64,000 nucleotides of DNA from Diplonema japonicum. Lineage: Eukaryota > Protista > Euglenozoa: Diplonemea. The stretch spans positions 372,001 through 436,000 of the forward strand of contig OZ025729.1 in assembly GCA_964019335.1 (NCBI GenBank), read 5' to 3'. Position 1 is the first letter of the stretch. The number at the start of each line of letters is the position of its first letter. Positions 20,331-31,992 of this stretch are shown here, one piece after another. The translations under genes and the position numbers were made by a program. The notes beneath the pieces are model-generated. The model was given only the letters and a program-made list of their open reading frames with translations. It did no database searches and was not told the DNA's origin.

Positions 20331-21266
20331 AAAAAGAAAGAAAAGAAAAAGAAGAAGAAAAAAGAAAAAAAAAAGAAACCAATTGTTTTTTTTTTTTTAA
20401 ATGTATTTAACCAGTAGTAGCTAAGTACCGACTCTTTTTCTTCGCGCTTCGTCAGTTGAGTTACTTATGTTTCTTCGTTATTTCTTTATTTCCAAGGTTT
20501 TTTTCGCGTGGGTAGTACACCTCTTTCTTTTTTTTTTACATCTTTCTTTTGTCTGAGTTCTTTTCCTTAAGCGATATTGTTGAGCAAAACGCCATATTTC
20601 GCGAAAAGAAAAATGCCGAAGAGCGGGATTTTTTAAATTAAAAAATAAAAATAAAAATAAAAAAAATAAAGAACCCCCCCCCTCCACCCCATTTCTTCTT
20701 CTCCCATTATTCTTTTTTTTGTGAACCAAAAGAAAAAAGAGAGTTGAAAAGCTCGCCGAGATTTCTTTCCCCCCCGTGGTTGTGTGCCTTCTGTGTGGCG
20801 AAAGCTCCGTTATCCCGCCCCTTTAATATTCTCTCCTTCATTCTTCATTCTCCATCTAGCTTCGAAACTATCTAGCAGAACAGAACACCGTGGCAACATT
20901 TGGATACAAGAACTTGCACTGAACCCCCGTATTTTTTTAGCACTGGCAAAAGTAAAAGACCTGCCTCAGGGTGTTTGCTTGCCTCGTGTTGCTACTGAAA
21001 GTAATACAGAATTAAGATTCCCCCCCCCCCCCCCATCCCAGTTTTTTTTGCTTTGCATGTCTCCAAGGAAAAGGAGACAGGAATTGGAGCATTAGGTGCC
21101 CTGCTGATATATGTTCCGAAAGCACGGGATTGTTTCTTCTCTTTTTTTTTTTTTATATATATTACTTATCAGTTCTCTCCTTTTTTTATAGTTTCCTTTG
21201 TTTGTATCTCCTCACAGGATTAAAAAGAGGGTGTTCAGGGGGGGTTAGAGCACTTTTTAAGAAAAA

Positions 21267-22034
21267 ATGGGTTTGGGACGAGAGGCTGGTGAGGTGAAGT
21301 ACTTTCCTCCAAACTTCGACCCTTCTGCCGGCACTGGCAAGACACTCTCCAAGAGAGGCGCACCCCAAGTCAGGATCATGCTTCCCATGGGGTTACAGTG
21401 CGACGCTTGCGGCGAATGGATAGCACAAAATAAGAAATTCAGCAGCACGAAGGAGAAAGTACGTGGCGAGGAGTACCTAGGGCTGACCATCTACAGGCTG
21501 ACGATTAAGTGCCCGAGGTGCAGCCAAGAAATCGCAATTAAGACCGACCCAAAGAACCACGACTATATTGTGGAATGGGGTGCAACGAGAAACTACCAGC
21601 ACCATCTTGCAGAGGCTAGGAAGGCGGATGAAGAGGAGGCCCGGCTTGAAAAGGAAAAGGGCGACACCATTGCAGAGCACAACCAGAAGGTTTTGGAAAC
21701 ACGTAAAGAGATGTCGATGTTGGAGAAGATAGAAGAGATACAGCACGCAGCAGTGGTCCGTGCTTCTGTGACAGACGACGTGCTCATGAAAGCCACTTTG
21801 GAGAAACACGAGAAGGCCGACGACACGGAACAGCGCCTTGAAGACGATCAGGAGGCTGAGCGTGTGTTTAAACGCAAAGCCCGCGAAGCAAAAGGACCCA
21901 CTATCACCCTCCCGGACAATACCGTCCCCGACTCCCCACCGGCCGGCTTCGCTGTGAAGAAGAAACGGAAGGAGAAAAAATCCAAAAAATCAAAAGATGG
22001 CGGCGGTCTTTCAGACCTTCTCGGTGGGTACTGA
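21267..22034 (+). CDS. YJU2: Splicing factor YJU2/CWC16 (CCDC94)
   Basis: KYFPPNFDP, VRIMLP..CxxC, YLG..IYR..CxxC, KTDPKNHDY..E.GA.RN. Confidence 0.9.
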   Translation: MGLGREAGEVKYFPPNFDPSAGTGKTLSKRGAPQVRIMLPMGLQCDACGEWIAQNKKFSSTKEKVRGEEYLGLTIYRLTIKCPRCSQEIAIKTDPKNHDYIVEWGATRNYQHHLAEARKADEEEARLEKEKGDTIAEHNQKVLETRKEMSMLEKIEEIQHAAVVRASVTDDVLMKATLEKHEKADDTEQRLEDDQEAERVFKRKAREAKGPTITLPDNTVPDSPPAGFAVKKKRKEKKSKKSKDGGGLSDLLGGY

Positions 22035-22228
22035 TTTTTCTTTTTCAACGAGGAAAAACCTGTTGATATATATATGAATGGGGTGGGGGAGAGAGAGAGA
22101 GAGAGAAAAAAAAAAAAGAAAGTGCGAGTGTTTTGTCAGTATTTTTAATTTCATTTTAAAACCCTTCAAAAAGAAAGAAAGGGGGGGGGGAAAAGCAAGT
22201 AAAAGGTAGAAAATTCCCCCCCAAAAAA

Positions 22229-22780
22229 ATGGGTGAGCGAAGAACGTTTGGTTCGATTCCCTCCAGCAGGGGTAGCTTCACGTCCCCATCATGGATGAGC
22301 AGCGAAAGAAGCAGCAACTCTACCGCCGGAACTCTTGGATCTGGCTTAAAGCTTGAACGGTTCGAGCTGGTGGCGAAGATCGGGGCGGGCGCCTTCGGTC
22401 AGGTGTACGAGGCGTTTGATCGATTGTTGCAGAAGTCGGTGGCACTGAAGGTGGAGAAGGCTGACAGCACTCGTTCTCAGTTAAAAGTCGAGGTTAGTGT
22501 CTATAAAAGAATCGATGAGCGGTGGCCCGGCCTGCCCAAGATATTTTACTCCGAAAGCCATGGAAACTTTAACGTGCTAGCGATCGAGCTCTTAGGCCCC
22601 AACCTCGAGGAGCTGTTGACGTACTGCGGGAGGTGCTTCACGCTGAACACGGTGCTGATGATCGGGGAGCAGATTTTCCGGGTCCTCCAACACCTCCACA
22701 GCGTCGGCTACGTGCACCGGGATTTGAAGCCGCCCAATTTTACAATGGGCCTTGGGGAAAGAGGAAACCATGTTTATCTG
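22229..22780 (+). CDS. CK1: Casein kinase 1, exon 1
   Basis: IGAGAFG, VALKVE, LLGPNLE, HRDLKP.NF..HVYL; phase-0 donor GTATGG at 22781. Confidence 0.9.
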
Positions 22781-23030
22781 GTATGGGAATGGGGGGGTTT
22801 TCTTTTCGGGTTTGGGTATTATTCTTTTGCCTTAGCCATCGTCTTTCTCAGTTTTTTAGGCTGGGTAATTCCCGTTTTGCAAAATGAGCGGGCCAGGATT
22901 CAAGCTGCTCAAGGACTTCAGAGCTAAGGGTCTGAAGGAAAAAAAAAAAAAAAAAAAAAACGTTTGGGTTCGGGTATTTTACAGCGTACGAACTTTTTTT
23001 TTTTCTTTTTATACCTTATTTTTTCTTTTC

Positions 23031-23220
23031 ATACCTTCTCGGCCTTTTGGCTAAGATCAAGTGTAGTATCTGTTCTTATCAGCTTAATATCTGATACAGC
23101 ACCTCGTGTGCTGCGATATTAAACTAATTTGTCGTTGGGGGTGGCAGGTAGCTCAGGGCAACCTGAGTCTGTCCACAGGTGTTGCCCTGGAGCTGCACAA
23201 CATCCAGGAGTGGCACACCT
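23031..23220 (+). ncRNA. U2: Full-length U2 spliceosomal snRNA sequence
   Basis: ATACCTTCTCGGCCTTTTGGCTAAGATCAAGTGTAGTATCTGTTCTTATCAG..AATATCTGATA; branch-site pairing GTAGTA; Sm-like AATTTG; 3' stem-loop ggtgttgccctgga-gctgcacaaca-tccaggagtggcacacc. Confidence 0.93.
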
Positions 23221-23245
23221 TACTCTTCTAGGGGGCGGTATTATC

Positions 23246-24893
23246 ATGTCGAACGATCAGCAGGGGGACAGTAAAGGACCCGGCCCACCTCCAAGTGGTG
23301 CCTCTGGGGCCGAGAAGGATTCGGCGCAGACGGGCCGGGACGGGGCAAAACAGCAAACGTGGGCTGAGCAAGCACGAAAAGCGGTAGGAAAGGTGGTGAA
23401 GGTGGACCACACTTTGTTACCAACGATAGCAAAGGAGCAGAGGACGAACAAGAAGACGCCACAGCAGCAGCAGGGACAAAGGAAGGGGCAGAAGGACTCA
23501 TTCAGAGCCATCCTGGGAGCATGGGCGGCACCGAAAGAATGGGAGATGGCGAAGGGAGACCCGAAAGCATCTCTCAAAGCTTTCATGGGGGACGTAGCAG
23601 CGGTGATGGGGGAACCGCTAAAAAGAGAGGGGAGGAGTGTGTAGACATCCTCATCTGGGTCAACAGGAAGGAAGCAGAAGCCAAGGCAGCCGAGATGAGA
23701 GGGCCTTGGGTGCTAGAGAGAAGGCGGCGAGGAGTGGTCTGGCTGGCCACCAGAGATCTGAGGCGCGCTGTGGAGGTGATGGACAGCGTGAGGAAGGTCA
23801 GCAAGGACGCCTTGCTGACGATGAACGGGAGGGCTTCGGCGTCCAAGTACAGGACGACGTCGAAGCGGTGAGGAAGCTGGTGGAGCAGGCCAACCTCGGG
23901 GTGACAAAGAAGATCTCATACGATCTTAGAGGTCTCCCCCAGGGAACAACACGAGAGGCCGCGCAGCAGACGGTGGCGGCAACTGGATGGAAGGGGCAGG
24001 TGGTGAGGGTGCTCCCAAAGGAAGGGAAGGTGCTGGCGGTAGTGCAGGCGCAGGAGCCACCAGAATTCGGCGAGATCGACTGGGGGGAGGGACAAGCAGA
24101 GCTGTGGGAGTCCCGCAAACCGCCGGCGAGAGACCCGAAGGAGGAGAGAAGGACGGACCGGAACGGGCAGTGCAAGGGCCAACGATACACACAGAAGCAA
24201 TTCTGGCGCCACTACGGCAAAGCAAGGGGCGAGGAGGAGTGGAAGAGTAACGACCCCGTGGTCGGGGCTCAGCCACAACAAGAACAACAACAACAAGGGC
24301 AACAACAAACTCCAACGCAGAGGGAGAGGCAGCTCGAGGAGCAGGTGAGGGAGCTGAAGGAAGAGGTGAAGAAGCTGAGAGCAGCGGTAGCGGCAGCCAC
24401 GAACAAGAGGGCCGAGCCGGGGAAGAAAAGGAAGGTGAGGGAGGATAAAACCCCCTCGATGACGCGGACGCCAGCACCATCACCATCGCCAGTGAAGCAG
24501 CAGAGGGGTGACGCAGCAGAGGTGGTGCCAGGATATGCGGCAGGAACGGCCAACTCCAAGGCCAAGTCCAGGTCAGGGTTAGGGACAGGGCGCAACGGGA
24601 AGGACAGACGCGTAATCAAGCAGGCCGAGCACGACGAAGGAAGACAGAGGGACTACGACGGGATGGGCAAGAAAGCGCCGAAGCACACCCACCACTGGGA
24701 GGAGCACAAAAGCAGAACCAGGTGGGTGTGCACCAAGTGCGAGCGCAACATGCCGAAGGGTACGTACGCGACCACCTGCAGGCATGGGGAGTGCAAGCTG
24801 CAGAAGTGCAGACGCTGCGTGGAGGGACGGAGGCAGCAGCTGTACTACAGCTCGACAGACGAATCCTCGAGCCTGTCCTCGGGGGAATGGTGA
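23246..24893 (+). pseudogene. LINE ORF1 (gag-like; coiled coil, C-terminal Cys-rich zinc finger), two frameshifts
   Basis: Consecutive ORF pieces ending at 23644, 23871 and 24893; ERQLEEQVRELKEEVKKL coil; CTKC..C..C..CRRC. Confidence 0.7.
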
Positions 24894-24953
24894 ACGGCAG
24901 GACGCGGTGGAGCGCAGGGGACGGGGACGGACCTGCAAGAGGTAGCGAAGAGG

Positions 24954-27900
24954 ATGCATTTAGAGTATGAGGAAGTCCCGGGAGACGGGAACTGCCAATA
25001 CTCGGCAATCTCCACCGCACTGAAAAGGGGGAACGCGGCACAACTACGTCAGCTGACCGCCAAGCACATCGCGAAAAACCCCCAAAGATACGGAGGACTA
25101 CTGCAAGCAGAGGATGAGACCGTGGAAGCATACGCGGAGAAAACAGCAAAAGACCGCACGTGGGGGGACCATATCACACTAGAGGCGGCGGCACATGATG
25201 AAGACCAACATCTGGGTCCTGAGGGAGGAAGGAATACAGCGGGCCGCGAGGCCAGAGGACGCAGTGAGCACGATCATCATTGCGTACGAGCCCTATCACT
25301 ACGATGCGATCCACGCACCACGATGTGTCACACGCTGGTTGGAGGGGACGGCGAAGACGCGGGTAGGGATAGAAGAACTGAGAGTGGTAGCGAAGCGAGG
25401 TGCTAAGAAGGAATCGACTGGCCAGACTTCGGATCAACACGGGAACTCCCCCGGCCCTGAACGCTGGGGTGTCCTGGATACGAGGACGGGCGCGAGTCGG
25501 AGGCGCGATATCCTCCATGAGAAGTCTGGTAACCCTACAGCCAAAGTCCTAGACTGTAGGGGTGAACGTATAGGCAGCACCAAGCGGAGCGAACACGAAC
25601 AGGAACAAAGGACACTGCACCTGACGAGCGTGAACGTGGCGTCGCTGCGCAACAGGCTGGACGACGTAATGAAGCTGGACACCGACGTCATCTGCCTACA
25701 GGAGATGCGCTCACTGCAGCAGGACAAGGAGAGACGGCCCACGCTATGAAGGGGATGCGTGGCAAGAATAGGTACAGACCCATGTGGGGGGACCCACAAC
25801 CGGGGAGGAAAAAAGAAGGACTGACCTCTATTGACATAGCACAGCGAGGGGGACTCGCGACTTTTGTGAGGGAACCGCGCACGGTGCTTGGATCATCCTT
25901 GGACAGGGACCTCTGGCTACACATCATCACAGTGTACTGTCCAGCAGGCGAAGCGGAGGAAAAGAGGAGGCAAAGGGAACAGCTGCTACACCACATCCTG
26001 CAGAAGAAGGTGAGAGAGCTGGGGAACGTGCCCATAGTGGTAGCCGGAGACCTGAACACAGACGAAGGGAGGTCTCAGGAACTGCGGTACGCGCTACACA
26101 CGGGGTGGACAGACGCAGCAGCAGCATGTGCCATGCAACGAGGAGAGGAGCCCGGACCCACATTCGTAAGAGACAACTGTGCGTCGAGGATAGACTACAT
26201 ACTCCTGAACCCAATTGCGGCGCAGGCGCTCAAGGGGTGCGAGACGCGGAAGGACGTCAAAGAAGCGGACCACATGACGCTTACCGTGGAGATGGACCTA
26301 GGACGGTTCAGGCAGAATATCCAAAGATACATGATACCGAAGGAAATCCCGGAACAGCAGCGGAAGCCGACGGAAGAGGAAGGCGAACGGGCGCTTGACG
26401 GAAGCGAGTTCCGGAGGCATATGCTGAGGGACGGAAGGGGTGACATCAACGCGGCGTGGAGGGAGCTGGCCATGGTCAGTGAGAACATGCTGCTGGGAGA
26501 GGGACCATCCGACAAGGCGCCGTACCAGGGCAGGGGGAAGACCCGAAAGCCACAACAAAAAAAGACTTTGCGCGCCAACAACCAGAGGAGCGGCAGGAGC
26601 GGCATCGACGAAGCAAGTGAAACTCGAGAGGATGGAAGGAAGACTCCAGGCCGTCAAGATCCAATTGCTAAAGCTTCAACAGCAAGGCGGGGGACAGATG
26701 AGCAGGATAACGACGAGAACCATCCAAAACCTCAACGAGGACCTCCAGAACACGGGTGTCAAGAGCCGGCCCTTATCAGCAGAGGAGACATGCATTGAGG
26801 ACATCATTGCAGACGCGGAGCTAATAGGGGAAGCTGTGAAAAGGCGAGAACGGGAACTGGAGAAGGAGCAGAGGGTGGCGAGGAAAAGGAACTACCTCGA
26901 TTCGGTGGAGAGAGGGGCTGAGACGAGGGACTTAGTGGCAGGGATGAAGGGAACGCAAGTGGGACGGGGCACAGCGAGCGTGGAGCTTCAGGGCGCCACG
27001 ATCGCGAATCCAGAGCAGCTAGACAGGACGATGAGAGAACACTGGGAGACGGTATTCGCGAAGTACAAGAACAGACCACAGCCCGGGTACGAGACCTTTA
27101 AGAAGGAGTACGGGTCACACATCGTCAGACAAGAGATGGGAGGAGGCCCAATCACGGGGGAAAGCCTACGGCAAGTGCTGGTGAAGAAAACGGCCAGAAG
27201 TGCAGCAGGTATAGACGGCTGGCGGATGGCAGAGCTACGTAGGCTCCCAGTGGTGGTGCTAGAAGCATGGGCAGACCTGTTCAACTTCATCGAAGAGACA
27301 GGGGAATGGCCGGAGGCGCTGTGTACGGCGCTGGTGACCTTGGTGCCGAAGTGTAAGAACGCAGGACCACTAGAACACCGACCCATCACGGTCACGTCGG
27401 CTGTGTGCAGGCTGTGGGCGAGCACCAGGCTGCAGGACATCTTGCCGTGGCAGGAGAGGTGGATACACAACACGCAGCATGGGTTCAGAACAAAGCACGG
27501 GACGGAGGATGTCCTCATGGAAATAAGCACGAGGATCGAAGCAGCGGTGATGGACGGAGAGCCACTTGTAGGAGTGGCCCTGGGCTTTGCCAAATGTTTC
27601 GACACAGTACCGCAGGGGCTGGTGCTGGAGCTGATGAAGGACATGGGCAAAGGCATGTACGACAGCCTCAGGAGAAGGTTCAGATACGCGACAGGAGTTG
27701 GTGAGGAGTTCGAGACCACCAACGGGATCCTGCAAGGCTGCCCCATCTCGATCATCATGATCAACGCGCTGTTGGCGGTCATGATGAAGAGCGTGGAGCA
27801 GAGGACGGGTGTTGAGACCTTGTCGTACGCCGATGACGCATACCTGTTGGCGGCACTCGCAGAAGTACTACGAGAAGCCACAGACACGGTAGGTGCCTTT

Positions 27901-29635
27901 TGCGACATTGTCGGCATGAAGCTGAACAACAAGAAGTGCGAGGTGTTCGCGGCCGGCGGCAAGGCACCAAGGGTAAAGGTGGACGGGCGGGAGCTGGGTA
28001 CTGCCAACAAGGTGAAGGTACTAGGGGCGAGGTTACGGACGGACGGCAAAGCGCAGAAGGACAACGAGAGGGTCAGGACAGCTATTAACAGGCTGGAGAG
28101 ACTCGCGATCACGCCGCTAAGCTATGAGCAGAGGGGGGAGGTACTGCAGACCACTGTAATACCGAGCTGCCTGTACGACGTAGCCTTCTCCCCACCATCG
28201 GATGGATATCTCGCAAAACTGACGAAGGTGGCGTCGCGTGCCTTGTGGGGACCGAGGTACAGGACACGAAACCCGGCGGCAGTGCTATCAATCCTCCATA
28301 AAGGACACACATACGACCCGGAGGTGGCCTCGCCATACCGCGCAATGGCTCTATTCCACAGGGTGCACCAGAAGAAGGGGACAGTGTGGGAAAGATGTGA
28401 AAGGCTGGCAGTAGCATACCGCGAGGAAGGAAGAACAATACCGCTAGGTCCGGTAGGCAATATGCTGCGAAGGTGGCTTCCGAAAGTGGGTCTCGGCTGG
28501 ACGGGGTTCATACAGAAGCTGAAGGAAGGGAAGGAACGTTTCGCGCACGAAATGCGGGAGAGGCTGAGGGTGGGACGCTCAAAAAGCATCGAACAGGTGA
28601 GGAGGTCGATGCGAGACCTGGGGGAAGGAGCGGACCCGAGTACGAACGAGCTCTGGCAGCGGCTGAGGAAGAGCAACGATCCGATAGCAGCCAGGGCCTT
28701 ACAGCGGGTGATAACCGGGGGAGTTTTCTACATCAACCCCAGGGGGTGGCACACGGACGCCAAGAAGAACATCGAACCGCCGAAGGAGGGAGAGGACACC
28801 ACCTCAGGAGAGGAAGAAGAGGAAGAAGAAGAGGAAATGACGCGACCCACGAGGCAGCAGCCAGCACAGTACGTCAACTGTGACATATGTGAACACGAGG
28901 TGCATGAGCACGACATGCTCAAGCACGCGCTGTGGGACTGCGAGTTGGCAAGGGAAATACAAAACAAGGAAGCTAACAGAGCAGTGGTGGAGGAACGGAC
29001 GGCCATGCCGAGGTGCATGCAGCTGCACGGAGTGCTGCCGCGAGGACACGACAAAGAGCATCTCAAGAACCTGCAGCTCTACCTCCTGGAGGTGGTAACA
29101 GAACGAGACCGCCGCCTGCAAGAAAAGAGGGCACTGGAGAGGTACACGACTCACCCGTGGGAAGTGATCACAGAAGGAAAAAGACACCCGACACCGACAT
29201 GGAGAGAACTACGACAACATGTAGGGGGGGCTCATGAAACAGTACGGACAGGAGATCGTCAAATGGCTAGGGCAGCTCAAGTGGTACCGGGGCCCGAGGA
29301 GAACAACGGTCACGACAATAGAGCTTGCGCTAGACTACGAGAACAGCACAATGAAGTCGCTGGTGGGTGAACGTGGAGACCTGACACTAATAGGTAAAAA
29401 GGCGAGACGGCTGCATGGCCTGCTGGTGAGGCTGCAGGAAGGCTGGCAGGACGCGCGGATAAGGAGGAAGGTCAGGGGACACAGAGCCATACCGGCGGAG
29501 CAACGGCGGAACCACGGCCTGAGGACCATAGGGGGGAGAAAGGTCTTGGGCTGGGACAGAAGACCGCTGCACGTCTCGGAACAGACGAAGAAGGACCTCC
29601 AGAAACTGAGACAGCAGTGGCAGAAGGAGCGGTGA
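24954..29635 (+). pseudogene. LINE ORF2: OTU protease-like domain, AP endonuclease, reverse transcriptase, CCHC knuckle and unknown C-terminal domain (frameshifted)
   Basis: VPGDGNCQY..WG..HYD; NVASL, CLQE, GDLN, RIDY, ADH; HRPI, QHGF, GILQGCP.S, YADD; CDIC..HALWDC. Confidence 0.88.
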
Positions 29636-29790
29636 GCGCCATGAGGGAGCGGGCTCAGCCCAAAAAGGAAAGACCGAAGCCGCTGAAGGGAGATAGGGGC
29701 AGGTAGAAGAACAAGACAGGAAGTCCCAGATCAGGGATTTCCTTTTACCTCTTTAATTTCTTTTTACTTTTTTATTCATTCTTTTTTCAG

Positions 29791-30243
29791 ATTGACTTCG
29801 GCCTCTCGAAAAGGTTCTTGCGGGACTACAGCGAGGATCACATCCCGTTCAGGATGGACAAGGGCTTTGTGGGTACCTCGCGGTACGCCCCGATTGCAAG
29901 CCACGCAGGGGCTGAACAAGGCCGGAAAGACGACCTCGAGTCAGTGTGCTACGTACTGTTGTACCTGCGTCAGGGAAGCCTACCGTGGCAAGGAGGAAAA
30001 GGAACCAAAACCGTACGCCGAAAGTATATTCACGAAAAAAAGCAATCCTGCGACCCCTCCACCTTGGGAGCCGATATGAAGATCCTGACACCCATCCTGA
30101 CCCACGTGAAGCGACTCTCCTTCAAAGACAAGCCCGACTATCCCTACATTCTCCAGCTCTTTGACAAGGCTTTCAAAACCAACAACATCACCCGTAACTG
30201 GGCATACGACTGGCTAAAAGGTCTCGGCCCCCCAGTATCCTGA
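29791..30243 (+). CDS. CK1: Casein kinase 1, exon 2
   Basis: IDFGLSK, GTSRYA, EQGRKDDLES, GSLPWQG, F..KPDY, YDW. Confidence 0.9.
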   Translation: MDFGLSKRFLRDYSEDHIPFRMDKGFVGTSRYAPIASHAGAEQGRKDDLESVCYVLLYLRQGSLPWQGGKGTKTVRRKYIHEKKQSCDPSTLGADMKILTPILTHVKRLSFKDKPDYPYILQLFDKAFKTNNITRNWAYDWLKGLGPPVS

Positions 30244-30348
30244 AAAGGGCAGATTTACACTGCTTTTGTTTCTACAATATGGTTATATCGTTTTGTTTCG
30301 TTTGCTCATGTGTTATTTTCAAAATTCCTTTTTTTTTTTTTTTTTTTG

Positions 30349-30969
30349 ATGGACATTCAAAGGCCCCTCATGAAACCCGGGGCCATCCATGAAGCCCGCC
30401 CCGAAGGAATGTGGCAGAAGGGGCTCCTCGAAGAGGTGGACTGTGGGAAGCTCTGCTGCAACGCGTGGTTGTGTGCCCCGTGCCTCATGGGGAGGAGCCA
30501 CAATGCCATTGAGAAAGGGATTCCAAACAAGATGAATTGGGAAGCATGCGGGCTGGTGGTAGCAGGTGCAGTACTGGGAGAGGCTGCAAGGATCGTTGCG
30601 TATCTGACAGCAGGCATTCATTTGGTCGGTCCTGTAGGAAGTGTTCTGTCCTGGGCAATCTTGTCTAGCTACACACATCGGCATCGATCAGTGCTCCGGA
30701 GTAGGTACCGCATACAGGGAACGGAATGCAATGATTGCCTTGTTTCATGGTTTTGTACATCATGCTCGCTTTGCCAGCACCACTCTGAGATATCGCTTTC
30801 CGGTCCCGTCCCTCCTGGGTACGTGTGCTATGATCAAGCTCCCGTTACGCTGGTCCACACTGCTGCTCAGCCTACTTATGTTGTCCCACACCCGCATCTT
30901 TACAGCGTGCAACCTGTTGATGGGCTTCCCATCGAACTTTCTTCTGCTACTTACGTTCCTTTGGCTTGA
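30349..30969 (+). CDS. PLAC8-family cysteine-rich protein
   Basis: W..GL..CC..WLCAPC and R..LR.RY.IQG..CNDC...WFC..CSLCQ. Confidence 0.85.
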   Translation: MDIQRPLMKPGAIHEARPEGMWQKGLLEEVDCGKLCCNAWLCAPCLMGRSHNAIEKGIPNKMNWEACGLVVAGAVLGEAARIVAYLTAGIHLVGPVGSVLSWAILSSYTHRHRSVLRSRYRIQGTECNDCLVSWFCTSCSLCQHHSEISLSGPVPPGYVCYDQAPVTLVHTAAQPTYVVPHPHLYSVQPVDGLPIELSSATYVPLA

Positions 30970-31992
30970 TCGAGCGTTTGATTTCGGTTGGGTTTCATTG
31001 GAGAATGATAAATTTTCTTCTAGCCATTTTTGTTTTGTTTTGTTTTTTTCTCAACACCGAAAAAAAAGAAAAGTGCATTAACCCGTTAAAAGAAAAAGGA
31101 GAAGAAGAAGAAAAAAGGACCAAACCCTGCGCCCCTAGATATGCGAGATTGTCGAACTCCCCCCCCCCCCTTTTTTTGTTTTTGACTGAAATTTTTGTTC
31201 TTTTAATCAGTTTTCCGGGTCCTTCTTTTTCTTTGTGGGTTTTCTTTGTGAAAGACTTTTTCGTGTTTCTTTTTTTGTTTCGTTTTTTTTATAAGTACTT
31301 TTGAACTCCCCCCCCCGACTCATCAAAAGAACAAAACTGTTTTTTGTGCAAACTTTAGCTTAACGAGCCTGAAAGTAACGAATCCAACAAGGTTTGGGGG
31401 GGGGGGGGGGTAAAGGCCTTCTAAAAAAGAAAAAGGGATGTTTTGTTGCACCAAGACCCCCCCCTTGCTTTTATTTTCCAATCGAGGCTGCTAAGCTGCA
31501 GTGTTCTTGAGTGGGAAACTTGCTTTTTTTTTTTCCCTTTACATTTCTTCCCATAGGAACAAGAAGTAGTCACGCCACCCAAACTACACTCCCTTCTTTT
31601 CTTCTTTTTTTCTCCAAATTAACCATAGTATCCAGGGTTAACCGATCACCTTCGGGTTTTAAAACCCGACCCGAGCAATTTTAGATTTTCGATCACTGTC
31701 GGGTTAATGATGGGTTTTTTTCTAATTTCGGATCGGTTTGATCGATCCAAAACCCATATTTCTGGCAGAAAATACCAAGACCGTGCTCAAATTCACATTT
31801 TTTTTTTTTCAAAAACCCTATTTTGACGATCGGGGCAATGAACAGTGCGTGGTGTACTTGGAAGGACTTTAATCTGTAACACCTCCCCCCCCCACTTTCT
31901 CCCCCAAATGATCTTTTTCCACAAGCTTAAGATCGATCCCTTAAGATTTTCACACAGTTTCTACCTTAATACAAAAGAAAAATAATTAAGCA

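Larger units (their letters stand above)
23031..29740 (+). mobile_element. Near full-length APE-type non-LTR retrotransposon with U2 snRNA at its 5' end
   Basis: ORF1 from ATG 23246; ORF2 with OTU, APE, RT (YADD) and CCHC; purine-rich sense strand; ends ..atcagggattt at a pyrimidine tract; several frameshifts. Confidence 0.88.
22781..29790 (+). other. 7010-nt spliceosomal intron of CK1 containing the U2-headed LINE
   Basis: GTATGG..polypyrimidine..CAG; splicing restores HVYL|IDFGLSK. Confidence 0.9.

Noticed and set aside
22781-22927. Hydrophobic C-terminal extension of the CK1 ORF
   Set aside because: Read-through into the intron; the kinase continues at 29791
23031-23220. Keno/Utopia-type insertion into U2
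   Set aside because: U2 is uninterrupted and no U2 3' portion follows the element end
21267-23220. Functional clustering of YJU2 with U2 snRNA
   Set aside because: The U2 appears to have arrived with the retroelement, so the adjacency is probably coincidental
26988-28112. Long antisense ORFs opposite the LINE and other CDSs
   Set aside because: Shadow frames caused by compositional bias; no recognisable motifs
23600-29240. Programmed frameshifting in the LINE
   Set aside because: Shifts fall inside conserved domains in mixed directions, one at a G-run, and the 50137 copy is uninterrupted; decay or sequencing indels are more likely
31625-31760. Possible hAT-like MITE with aacccga/tcgggtt motifs
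   Set aside because: Could not define matching TIRs or a target-site duplication
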